Shown: positions 28,404 through 39,461 of the stretch, in pieces
How positions within the stretch are numbered: position 1 is the first letter of the stretch
How the letters are laid out: the number at the start of each line of letters is the position of its first letter
Source: Eledone cirrhosa
Taxonomy: Eukaryota
Length of the DNA stretch: 64,000 nucleotides
NCBI GenBank assembly: GCA_964016885.1
Contig: OZ024743.1
Coordinates: forward strand, 351,912,001-351,976,000
Reading direction: 5' to 3'
The notes under the pieces: generated by a model
Told to the model about the DNA's origin: nothing
What the model saw: the letters and a program-made list of their open reading frames with translations, nothing else
Database searches by the model: none
Made by a program: the position numbers and the translations under genes

Positions 28404-30596
28404 CGTGCATATATATATGTGTGCATGTATGTATATATATATACATACTACTGTAAGTCTGTATACATATATGTATGTACGTGTACATACTTATATTTAA
28501 GTAACAGCCGTACTAAGTGTTGGAAATGAAATATCGTTTCAATTTTTCCGTTTATCGTTTTCAGTGCACCGGCACGATTAATCCAATCGATATGCAAATT
28601 GGCCTACTCAGCCGTTAATATACATAAGGTAAGTATATACGTTCAACAATCTGGCACGAAGGTATACGTTGCTGACGATAGCTAACAAGCTTCAAACTAG
28701 TACAGCGTTCCTTTGTCAGTGTTGAACAAACGAGCAACGGTGGTTGCTAGACACTACGGGTTAACACGGGATGTTTGTCTACAAACACACCGAGCATTAT
28801 AATAAATGTTCGGTGAATCCATACGTGCATATATATATGTGTGCATGTATGTATATATACATACATACTACTGTACGTCTGTATACATATATGTATGTAC
28901 GTGTACATACTTATATTTAAGTAACAGCCGTACTAAGAGTGGGAAATGAAATATCGTTTCATTTTTTCCGTTTATCGTTCTCAGTGCACCCGCCCGATTA
29001 ACCCACTCGATATGCAAATTGGGCTACTCAGCCGTTAATATGCATAAGGTAAGTGTATACGTTCAACAATCTGGCAGGAAGGTATACGTTGCTGACGATA
29101 GCTAACAAGCTTGAAACTAGTACAGCGTTCCTTTGTCAGTGTTGAACAAACGAGCAACGGTAGTTGCTAGACACTACGGCTAAATACGGGATGTTAGTTT
29201 AGAAACACACCAAGCATCATAATAAATGTTCGGTGAATCCATAGCTACATATATATATGTGTGCATGTATGTATATATATATATATACTACTGTACGTCT
29301 GTATACATATATGTATGTACGTGTACATACTTATATTTAAGTAACAACCGTACTAAGAGTGGGAAATGAAGTATCGTTTCATTTATTCCGTTTATCGTTT
29401 TCGTTGCACCCGGCCGATTAACCGACTCGATATGCAAATTGGGCTACTCAGCCGTTAATACGCACAAGGTAAGTATATACGTTCAACAATCTCGCAGGAA
29501 GGTATACGTTGCTGACGGTAGCTAACAAGCTTGAAACTAGTACAGCGTTCCTTTGTCAGTGTTGAACAAACGAGCAACGGTGGTTGCTAGACACTACGGC
29601 TTAATACGGGATGTTTGTTTACAAACACAATGAGCATTCTAATAAATTTTCGGTGAATCCATTGCTACAGATATATATGTGTCCATGTATGTATATATAT
29701 ATATATACATACTACTATACGTCTGTATACATATATGTATGTACGTGTACATACTTATATTTAAGTAACAGCCGTACTAAGAGTGGGAAATGAAGTATCG
29801 TTTCATTTTTTGCGTTTATCGTTTTCGGTGCACCCGCCCGATTAACCCACTCGATATGCAAATTGGGCTACTCAGCCGTTGATATGCATAAGGTAAGTAT
29901 ATACGTTCAACAATCTGGCAGGAAGGTATACGTTGCTGACGTTAGCTAATAAGCTTGAAACTAGTACAGCGTTCCTTTGTCAGTGTTGAACAAACGAGCA
30001 ACGGTGGTTGCTAGACACTACGGCTTAATACGGGATGTTTGTTTACAAATACACCGAGCATTATAATAAATGTTCGGTGAATCCACACGTACATATATCT
30101 ATGTGTCCATGTATGTATATATATATACATACTACTGTACGTCGGTATACATATATGTATGTACGTGTACATACTTATATTTAAGTAACAGCCGTACTAA
30201 GAGTGGGAAATGAAATTTCGTTTCATCTTTTCCGTTTATCGTTTTCGGTGCACCCGGGCGATTAACCCACGCGATTTGCAAATTGGGCTACTCAGCCGTT
30301 AATATGCATAAGGTAAGTATATACATTCAACAATATGGCAGGAAGGTATACGTTGCTGACGTTAGCTAATAAGCTTGAAACTAGTACAGCGTTCCTTTGT
30401 CAGTGTTGAACAAACGAGCAACGATGGTTGCTAGACACTACAGCTTAATACGGAATGTTTGTTTACAAACACACCGAGCATTACAATAAATGTTCGGTGA
30501 ATCCACACGTACATATATATATATATGTGCATGTATGTATATATATATACATACTACTTCTATGCCTGCATACATATATGTATGTACGTGTACATA

Positions 30597-30599
<3 letters not shown>

Positions 30600-30680
<81 letters not shown>
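30600..30680. repeat. (TA)n microsatellite terminating the satellite array
   Basis: About 80 bp of pure TA directly after ...GTACATACTTA. Confidence 0.97.
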
Positions 30681-30684
<4 letters not shown>

Positions 30685-30689
30685 TATAT

Positions 30690-31060
30690 ATATATAAACA
30701 TACACATAATCATACATATATACACACGTAGATACACACACATACATACACACATATATACACGCATACATACGCATACACAAATATAGATATATGTACA
30801 TACACCTACATACGCACACACACAATTAATTATAAGAAAAAATATGATAATAAAAATACCGTCACATAATAATAAAAATAAATGTAAAAAGTATTATAAA
30901 GTTGACAGCGATACAGGCAACAAATAAATGAACAAACACACTTGGTAAGCAATACACACAATTGCACATACACATACATACATAAAAATAAATACATACA
31001 CCCACACACACATACATATACATATACATACACATACACATATACATACACACACACACA
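30690..31060 (-). repeat. Dispersed microsatellite-rich repeat; inverted copy of ~47470-47840
   Basis: Unique core AATACCGTCACATAA...GTTGACAGCGATACAGGCAACAAAT is the reverse complement of ~47600-47680; ORF-track peptides VCSFICCLYRCQLYN are shared. Confidence 0.85.
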
Positions 31061-31114
31061 TATATATTATGAAATACTTAGTGCTTCTTGCTCATAATAA
31101 TTTTTATACTTTTC

Positions 31115-31120
<6 letters not shown>
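31061..31120 (+). repeat. Short 3'-terminal fragment of the ~631-bp element at 51.7-52.6 kb, running into (TA)n
   Basis: TATATATTATGAAATACT..GTGCTTCTTGCTCATAATAATTT.TATACTTTTCATTTAT is the reverse complement of ~52369-52428. Confidence 0.75.
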
Positions 31121-31193
<73 letters not shown>

Positions 31194-31197
<4 letters not shown>

Positions 31198-32141
31198 AGT
31201 ATGTACACGTACATACATATATGTATACAGACGTACAGTAGTATGTATATATATATACATACATGCACACATATATATATGTACGTATGGAGTCACCGAA
31301 CATTTGTTATAATGCTCGGTGTGTTTGTAAACAAACATCCCGTGTTAAGCCGTAGTATCTAGCAACCACCGTTGCTCGTTTGTTCAACACTGACAAAGGA
31401 ACGCTGTACTAGTTTCAAGCTTGTTAGCTATCGTCAGCAACGTATAACTTCCTGCCAGATTGTTGAACGTATATACATACCTTATGCATATTAACGGCTG
31501 AGTAGCCCAATTTGCATATTGAGTGGGTTAATCGGCCGGGTGCACCGAAAACAATAAACGGAAAAAATGAAACGATATTTCATTTCCCACTCTTAGTACG
31601 GCTGTTACTTAAATATAAGTATGTACACGTACATACATATATGTATACAGAAGTACAGTAGTATGTATATATATATATACATACATGCACACATATATAT
31701 ATATGCACGTATGGATTCACCGAACATTTATTATAATGCTCGGTGTGTTTGTAAACAAACATCCCGTATTAAGCCGTAGTGTCTAGCAACCACCGTTGTT
31801 CGTTTGTTCAAGACTGACAAGGGAACGCTGTACTAGTTTCAAGCTTGTTAGCTATCGTCAGCAACGCATACCTTCCTGCCAGATTGTTGAATGTATACAG
31901 TTACCCTATGCATATTAACGGCTGAGTAGCCCAATTTGCATATCGAGAGGGTTAATCGGTAGGGTGCACCGAAAACGATAAACGGAAAAACGAAACGATA
32001 TTTCATTTCCCACTCTTAGTACGGCTGTTACTTAAATATAAGTATGTACACGTACATACATATATGTATACAGACGTACAGTAATATGTATATATATATA
32101 CATACATGCACGCATATATATATGTACGTATGGATTCACCG
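31194..32141 (-). repeat. Inverted ~2.25 monomers of the hammerhead satellite
   Basis: Reverse complement of the 420-bp unit; two intact hammerhead cores at 31401-31443 and 31825-31867 (both CUGACGA/GAAA/ACUAGU). Confidence 0.95.
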
Positions 32142-32628
32142 GGGAGGAGTATAATGAGGAAGGATGAGATAGGAGGAGAGATGGGTGATAGAGAGAGAGA
32201 GAGATAGCTTTTATAACTGAGAAAAATATATTGTTTTACATAGAGAGGTTAAAAAACCGTTGGAAGATAATATATAAATTAAAAGAATTTGAAAATTAAC
32301 GAAGAGAAAAATTTAGAATAATGTTAAATTAAGGTTTGTATATTGGAGGGTTTAATAATATGTACGAATAAAAGAAATTGTTAATATGTATTAAGAATAA
32401 TATTTAAGGGTTTAATAATATGTGCGATGGAAAGAAATTGTTGATATGTATTATAAAAAAATATAAAAATATAACAATAGTAATGCAATTAAGGATATAT
32501 TGTGAAAAGAAGTAGTAGAGTGGATGAATAAGTGTAATATGTATAAGTTAGTTGAGCATGAAAGTAGAGTGGATGAATAAGTGTAATATGTATAAGTTAG
32601 TTGAGCATGAAAGGGAGAAAAAAATAAT

Positions 32629-32807
32629 TGTTTCTACTTTAGGCACAAGGCCAGCAATTATCACAGTGCATTACTGGTACTTTATTTTATCGACCTCGTA
32701 AGGATGAAAGGCAAAGTCAACCTCGGCGGGATTTGAACTCAGATCGTAAAGGGACGTAACTATGCTGGAAAGCATGGCGTCCGACCCTCTACCGATACTG
32801 CCAATCC
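32629..32807 (-). mobile_element. tRNA-derived SINE inserted in the PLE 3' UTR
   Basis: Minus-strand A-box TGGCAGTATCGG and B-box GAGTTCAAATCC; 14-bp TSD GAGAAAAAAATAAT at 32615-32628 and 32808-32821. Confidence 0.9.
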
Positions 32808-33192
32808 GAGAAAAAAATAATGAATTGAGGATGAATAATCTAACGTCAAAAAAATGTTTATGTTTACGAAGGATTTTTCAAGGTGATATAAAGTAAGGAT
32901 ATATTGTGGTGGGTAATAATGAGAATTGAGAAGTATCTAGGAAGAAAAGGTACAGATTAGAGGTTAGAAATTAAAAGAAAAAAGAAAAGAAAAAAGAAAA
33001 GAAAAAAGGAAAAAAGAAAGAAAGGGAAGTGATAAATAGGAGTGATATAGAATGAGTAACTAGTATTATATAATGTATAATAAATAACATTGAAATAAGG
33101 TAGAAAGATGGGTATATTTTTAAAGAAATATATATGTATATATATATATGTGCCTTTGAGAAAAGGATTTTAAATTGGTAAAGTATTAGATA

Positions 33193-34878
33193 TTAGCTGT
33201 ATACTTTATGGAATGTTCTGTGGAATTTATGAAAGCAGAGAGAAAACAAGTCAGTGCGTCTATTTATTATAGAATCTAAATTAGATATAATGGTAAATTT
33301 TTCACATAAACAGAGATTGCATGTCTTGGATAGAGAACTATTCAAGTATAAAGAAGCAGAACAAACCTTCCAAGAGATGTTATAGTTAATATGTTTGTCT
33401 TTCAAGCACCATATAAGTTCTGAGAGTGCCGTGTTGGTTCTTTTAAGTTGGTATTTAAAAGACGAATGATGATTATAAAGACGAGCTTTAAAGGAGGTGG
33501 AAGTGGAGCCAAAATAGGTAAAGGAATTGGTGTCAGTTATAACTTTACATTCGTAGATTAAGTTTTTTTCAAGACAATGGTTGTTGAGAGGACATTTATT
33601 TTTAACAGGGCAATTACAATTGCGATTAGAGAAATTAACAGAGTTATTAACAAGTGACCTAGTGTTATCTATAGAAGGAATTGGATTGGAGAAGTTATTT
33701 ACGATAGGAATAATAGTTTCTTGATTTAGAATGGGATTGAGAACATTTAACGAAGTTGCGTTTGACGTTGTATTTGGGTTTGAAGAAATTAGCCTAGAGT
33801 TAACAATGACGTCGGGAGTACTATTACTATTATTATGATATTCAGTGTTGGAAGGAAGAGATTTAGTATTTAGTATTTTATTGTTGTGTTTAGAGATAAT
33901 GTTGGAGATGTTGGAGATGTTGGAGGAGGTCGAATAGGAAAATTTTATAGTGTGTTTGTTAAATATTTTACTATAGATATGTGAGGGAGGGAAGCATTTA
34001 TTTAAGGCACTAAAGAATAATTTAGGAATATTATTATTAATAGAGATGGAGAAAGGAGCATTATACCAGATTATGCTTTTGTATCTAGGTCTTTTATTAA
34101 AATTATTGGAATGATCATGATTAATTATTCTACTGTAAGATCTTCTAGCATTTGTTTCTTTACTATATTTGATTTTATCAGGATAACCGGCTTTAGAAAG
34201 CGCGTTATTATAGTAATTGGCGTTAGCATCAAAGATGTTTTTATTAGAAGATAGGTTGGATATTCTTTTTCCAATATTACTAACTATAGCATTCTTGATA
34301 TTAATGGGATGGTTAGATTTAAAATTAACATAATTTAGGTTCTCATTGTTTTTATGGTAAGGGTAATATAGGCCAGTGTCAAGATTAAGAGATACATCCA
34401 AGAAATTAGCTAGTTTGATGCTGTTATCAAATTCAATTTTTAAGTTATGTTGGTTAAAGAGATTACGTATATTGTTCTTAATAATATTAAGGTTAACTAT
34501 GTTGCAATTTAAGATAGTAAAGAGTCCATCGTCACGATAAATTCCACCGCGAAGTTGAGGAATTTTCCGATTCAAAGAGTTCAAAATAAAGATACCAATT
34601 AAATCTGTCAATTGGGATGAATCGGATTCTCCCATTGTGATGTCAAAGTTGTTAGAGGTATCAGCTCTGGTCCAATATTCATTGTTGAACTGTAGGATGG
34701 TTTTACGTGCGGTGAGAATGATGTGAAGTTCATATGTGGTGATGTCTGAATATTTGTAAGCGAAAGATAGAGCATTGTTGAGAAGTGAGGGCGAAATAGA
34801 AGAATAGTAGCTGGCAATATCAAATTGAATAAATGTTTGTTTGTTTTTCTTATTCAATTTGTTGAACCAGCCAATCAC
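33193..34878 (-). CDS. Penelope-like reverse transcriptase plus C-terminal GIY-YIG endonuclease (N-terminus missing)
   Basis: RT motifs FIQFDIASYYSSI, FDITMGESDSSQLTDLIG, GIYRDDGL, FLDVSLNL; linker CxCx5Cx5C (CNCPVKNKCPLNNHC); LIY...YFGSTSTSFKARLYNH; CNLCLCEK; 561 aa with no stop. Confidence 0.9.
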   Translation of the reverse strand: MIGWFNKLNKKNKQTFIQFDIASYYSSISPSLLNNALSFAYKYSDITTYELHIILTARKTILQFNNEYWTRADTSNNFDITMGESDSSQLTDLIGIFILNSLNRKIPQLRGGIYRDDGLFTILNCNIVNLNIIKNNIRNLFNQHNLKIEFDNSIKLANFLDVSLNLDTGLYYPYHKNNENLNYVNFKSNHPINIKNAIVSNIGKRISNLSSNKNIFDANANYYNNALSKAGYPDKIKYSKETNARRSYSRIINHDHSNNFNKRPRYKSIIWYNAPFSISINNNIPKLFFSALNKCFPPSHIYSKIFNKHTIKFSYSTSSNISNISNIISKHNNKILNTKSLPSNTEYHNNSNSTPDVIVNSRLISSNPNTTSNATSLNVLNPILNQETIIPIVNNFSNPIPSIDNTRSLVNNSVNFSNRNCNCPVKNKCPLNNHCLEKNLIYECKVITDTNSFTYFGSTSTSFKARLYNHHSSFKYQLKRTNTALSELIWCLKDKHINYNISWKVCSASLYLNSSLSKTCNLCLCEKFTIISNLDSIINRRTDLFSLCFHKFHRTFHKVYS

Positions 34879-35365
34879 TTCAGAAGTACCATTTTTTAAT
34901 AATACATATCAACAATTTCTTTCCATCGCACATATTATTAAACCCTTAAATATTATTCTTAATACATATTAACAATTTCTTTTCATCGCCCATATTATTA
35001 AACCCTCCAATATACAAACCTTAATTTAACATTATTCTAAATTTTTCTCTTCGTTAATTTTCAAATTCTTTTAATTTATATATTATCTTCCAACGGTTTT
35101 TTAACCTCTCTATGTAAAACAATATATTTTTCTCAGTTATAAAAGATATCTCTCCCTCTCTATCACCCATCTCTCCTCCTATCTCATCCTTCCTCATTAT
35201 ACTCCTCCCCTCCACTTTTTACTCTCATCTCCTCCTCTTTTTCACCCCCCCCCCCCTCAATTTTTTTTTTCCCAATATCACACATCAATCTAAAACTACG
35301 TTTCATATGTTGATTTAAAACTGCACTATTCACAAGTGTTTTTTAACCTTCATATCATGTCTCCC

Positions 35366-35436
35366 TATTTTATCTGACGAAAACGCAAATGTTATCGCAT
35401 GATGATATTTGTTTTTGAAATGCGCATAATAAAATA
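35366..35436 (+). ncRNA. Minimal type I hammerhead ribozyme in the PLE pseudo-LTR
   Basis: TATTTTAT-CTGACGA-(~15-bp stem II, GCAT loop)-GAAA-TGCGCA-TA^ATAAAATA; palindromic stem III as known for PLE hammerheads. Confidence 0.85.
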
Positions 35437-35562
35437 CATGGAACTCTTTTAACAATCTTTTGATCTTATATATTATTTATACTCCAGTCCTACAAACTGT
35501 AGAGTGCTACTTATCCGATATCTGCATTGCTTTATTGTACTACAAAAAAACTCACCTCCTAC

Positions 35563-35621
<59 letters not shown>

Positions 35622-35629
<8 letters not shown>

Positions 35630-35771
35630 ATACTTTGGGAGGGTCATGTTGTCAATAAGAAACACACGCACCAGTTGCTTTCACTTCAATTTATTATAAT
35701 AAATTGAAGTGAAAGCAACTGGTGCGTGTGTTTCTTATTGGCAACATGACCCTCCCAAAGTATAACAATAT
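35622..35771. repeat. 150-bp spacer-less palindrome
   Basis: Arms 35622-35696 and 35697-35771 are reverse complements with one mismatch seen; centre TTATTATAATAA. Confidence 0.92.
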
Positions 35772-35825
35772 CGGTTTCAACACACGATTTCAGATAAAGA
35801 ATCTTGCTAAACAAATTCAGAAACG

Positions 35826-35873
<48 letters not shown>

Positions 35874-36049
35874 TGCCCCCTCGTTATCGAGTATGGCCAT
35901 TGCACCGGGAGAAAAAAAAAAATATATATATATTAATAAATAAATAAAAAATAAAATAAAATAAAAAAAGAAATATATATATATATACACACATACATAT
36001 ACATATATACACACATATATATATACATACACACATATACATTAATAAC

Positions 36050-36099
<50 letters not shown>

Positions 36100-36173
36100 C
36101 AACAATAATAATAACGACAACAACAATAATAATATACATATATATATATACACACACACGCACACACATAAAC

Positions 36174-36207
<34 letters not shown>

Positions 36208-36215
36208 GATAGCAA

Positions 36216-39185
36216 CTAACAGCGCTGCGATCGAATGTGGCTTTTTAGCCCAGCCAATGATCTAAAATGTCTTGCACAGAGTCGGCAACCAAAACATTCA
36301 CTGCGAATACCCGGCTGTGGTTGGAGTTCATGTACTTTTGCATGTCGTTTGAGCCCTCCTGCTGATTTACATTCTCTACCACATGCTTGGCAAGCATGAT
36401 GAGTAGCATCTCTAACAGCAGCCTGATAGTCAACCACTGGCCTTACTTTATGACTGCGAAAATGACTTTCCAGTCCAGCTTTGTTTAGGCAGAGTCTCGC
36501 ACAGACGCTGCATGTCAGCACCATAGGAGGACCATCGCCGTCTGGAAGTGCAACAGCAATGCCCTTCCTCACATCCCGCTTTACTTTCTCGTATGCGATT
36601 CGAGATGCCTCAAAGGCAACTTTTCCCTCATATACAGTCTTTCTCCATTTATTACAATCAACAGCAATATTTTCCCATGTATCAGCAGAGATGTTAGCGT
36701 CTTTCAAAGAGGCTTTCAACGAATCCTTATACTTCTTTTTTGGTTTATGTGGCGGTCGTTTTCCTTTAACCAACTCTCCATAAAAGAGTTGTTTTGGTAT
36801 TCTAGAATCCTTCATCCTGGCAAGGTGACCACTCCAACGGAGTCGTTGCTTAAGCACAAGAGCTTCTATACTGTCACACATACAGCTTTCAAAAATCTCG
36901 ACATCACTGATGTGGTCCCTCCAGTGAACGCCATGGATCCGTCTGAGACACATCTGATGGAAACGCTCCAATTGCTTAAGGTGGTGTCGATATGTGCCCC
37001 AGCATAAAGAAGACAAGAGAGCACATATGCCTTGTATACCTTTACCTTTGTCCTCCTGCATATGTCTCGCCGACCCCAGAGTCCCCTTTCTAGCTTTCCG
37101 GAAGCATTAACCCAAGCCTTCATGTCGTCATGGAAAGACCTAACTAAAGCAAGGAACTTATACGGATTCATTAGCCCATATCCTGCCAAACAAAGAGTGA
37201 AGATGTTGCAGAAGTCTCTCACCACCATATTGTAGGAGCTCAGCATGTATGCCATCCATACCTGGAGACCTTCCACTGTTCAGCTTCGAGATAGCCACTG
37301 CAACCTCCACAAGCGTCGGAGGTTCTGCGAGAGTTACTTTCACAGGACTTTCTGGAATGAGATTGAGGAAATCTTCACTGACGACAGACGGCTGATTCAA
37401 AAGATCATCAAAGTGCTCTCGCCACCTTCGTAGAATTCCTTGTGAGTCACGAAGAAGTTCTTTGCTATCCTTGCTGCGAAGCGGTGTCACCAGAGAAGAA
37501 GACGGTCCATAAACCTCACGCAAGAGACTGTACAACAGCTTTGTGTTATTGGAATCTGACGCAGTTTGTATCTCACCAGCCTTCTCACTCCACCACTGAT
37601 CCTTCATCTGAGAAAGACTCCGTCTAACACGTAATTTTACACCCTTGAGTTCCTCATGCAACGTATTCCTCTCCTGTGGTTTTGCCGTCAAGTAACACGC
37701 CTCTTATCAGCCAACAAGTCTTCTATATGTACATCATTCTCATTAAACCAGTCCTGATGTTTTCTCTGCACCAATCCCAGAACACGCATGCCTACATCAT
37801 AAACCGACTTTTTAAGGGTCGGCCAATCCTCACCAAGATCTGCAGCCCGCATCTCTTCTTCCAATGTCTTCTTCACATTTTTATCCTTACGACGAGCAAC
37901 ATTCAATCTTTTGGTCAGAGCAACACCAGGAGCCCGGATTTTACGTTTAGTGATTAGTTTCACTTTTGCGCGTACCAGGCGGTGGTCCGTCCAGCACTCA
38001 GCTCCACGAAGAGCACGAACACACTGCACATCCTGTCTGTCACGCATCCTGACTAGGACGTAGTCCAAAAGATGCCATTCCTTAGATGCAGGGTGCATCC
38101 ATGTGGTCTTGAATTTGTTCTTTTGTTGGAACATGGTGTTGGTAACACGCAGATCCAGCTCCTCACACATCTGCAGAGGAGCATACCATTGTTGTTACAC
38201 TTTCCCACCCCATGCCTTCCGATTACATTCCATGTGTTAAAATCCCTACCCACTCTAGCATTAAAGTCACCAAGCACGATGACTTTGTCTGCCTGAGGGA
38301 TATTTCTTAAAACACCTTTCAAGGCATGGTAAAAGGACACTTTTTCTTCATCGACAGAATTCATAGTTGGAGCATACACACTCACCGGGGTCGCATATCT
38401 TCCTTTGTCCAGCGGAATTCTCATGGACATAAGACGCTCACTAATCCCTACTGGGAATTCTTCTAATTTATTCACAAGAACAGTCTTAACAGCAAATCCT
38501 ACCCCAGCCTCTCTTCTGGTTCCTTCATCTCTTCCTTTCCAGAAGAATGTATATTCTCCCCAAAATTCTGTAAGATGACCATCTCCAGCTAACCTCGTCT
38601 CAGATAAAGTCAAGATCGTAACGTCGAAGCTCCTTTGCAACAAGAGCGGTCCTTCGTTCAGGACGCTCCAAGGAACTCCTGTCAAGCAGCGTCCGTACGC
38701 TCCAGCAGCCAAGACTAAATGCCTTGTTTGGCTCTATTACAATGGCACGATGACGAGCGGGCCCTTATTGCCAATTATCTTTTTTGTTCCAGAACCTAAA
38801 TTGCCAATTATCTCTTTTATATTGTTCTGGAACATCATTGAATAAAAAAAAAAAAGAAAAAAAAAAGTAATAATAATAGTAACAATAATAATAATAATAC
38901 ACTATTAATAATTATTAATGCACTCGTGCAATGCCTGTGCGTGACGAATATTTTTAAAGTGAGGAAAGACTGTGCACTGAGCCAATCCCACTCTCTGAGC
39001 GACAGTAGCTATAACCCGAAAAGAAGAAAAGATCGACATCATCGGTAACTACTGAGCCGCAGGTTTTATGTCAGAGTTAACCCAGTTTCCTGAGATGCCT
39101 TCTTCTAGAAGAATGCTCTGACAAGGGCTAGGGGTTCTTCACTCCCAGTGGTTTAACTGCGCGATCGGGCATCCAGCCAGATTAT
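36216..39185 (-). mobile_element. RTE-clade LINE, frameshifted, RT core deleted
   Basis: APE motifs LSETRL, GVGFAV, YAPT, GDFNARVG, TWMHP..WHLLDYVL, TDHRLV; pre-RT RWREHF and SPGMDGIHAELL; post-RT RLRWSGHLARM..RIPKQLFYGEL; three C2H2-like fingers; (TG)n tail. The 5' boundary is approximate. Confidence 0.85.
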
Positions 39186-39325
39186 TTCTATGTCCCCGCG
39201 CGCGCGCAAAAAAAAAAAAACTCACTTATTGACACTTATACGTACGACATACACACACGCGCATACATACGCGCCCACACAGCAACACTCATACATACAA
39301 ACAAACACACACACGCTACTCACTT

Positions 39326-39359
<34 letters not shown>

Positions 39360-39461
39360 TACCGTCATTACTGATACAAGATTACAAGATTATGTCAACT
39401 GTTGACTTTCAAGAGTTTGTATAGTTGAAGCCGTTCGTATTACAGTCCAGTATTATTATAA

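Larger units (their letters stand above)
1..30603 (+). repeat. Tandem satellite, ~420-bp monomer, ~73 head-to-tail copies, each with a hammerhead motif (retrozyme-like)
   Basis: GGCTACTCAGCCGTTAAT and CTGACGATAGCTAACAAGCTTGAAA recur every ~420-421 bp; first core at 71, last at 30356 (72 intervals of 420.6 bp). Array runs off the left edge and ends in (TA)n at ~30600. Confidence 0.98.
32141..35565 (-). mobile_element. Penelope-like retroelement (Naiad-type), 5'-truncated, with inverted pseudo-LTR at its 5' end
   Basis: RT + GIY-YIG ORF on minus; 3' UTR segment 32141-32454 is repeated inverted at 34899-35210, and that copy continues through a hammerhead to (TA)n at ~35565. Confidence 0.88.

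Noticed and set aside
1-30603. CRISPR array or protein-coding repeat
   Set aside because: No unique spacers and no cas genes; the short ORFs are translations of the monomer and (RY)n tracts, broken in most copies.
1-30603. Tandem 5S rRNA, tRNA, snRNA or spliced-leader gene cluster
   Set aside because: No recognisable 5S, tRNA or U-snRNA sequence in the monomer; the hammerhead core explains the structure better.
30438-31362. YIYIYI/VCVC-type ORFs here and at 35.4-36.2, 43.3-44.5, 47.3-49.6 and 62.5-62.9 kb
   Set aside because: Translations of microsatellites.
33193-34878. Selenoprotein-type Naiad (in-frame UGA) or intact active element
   Set aside because: No in-frame UGA in the remaining ORF; the RT N-terminus is truncated at ~34898.
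36216-36500. Host C2H2 zinc-finger gene
   Set aside because: In frame with the LINE post-RT domain and followed by the element's (TG)n tail.
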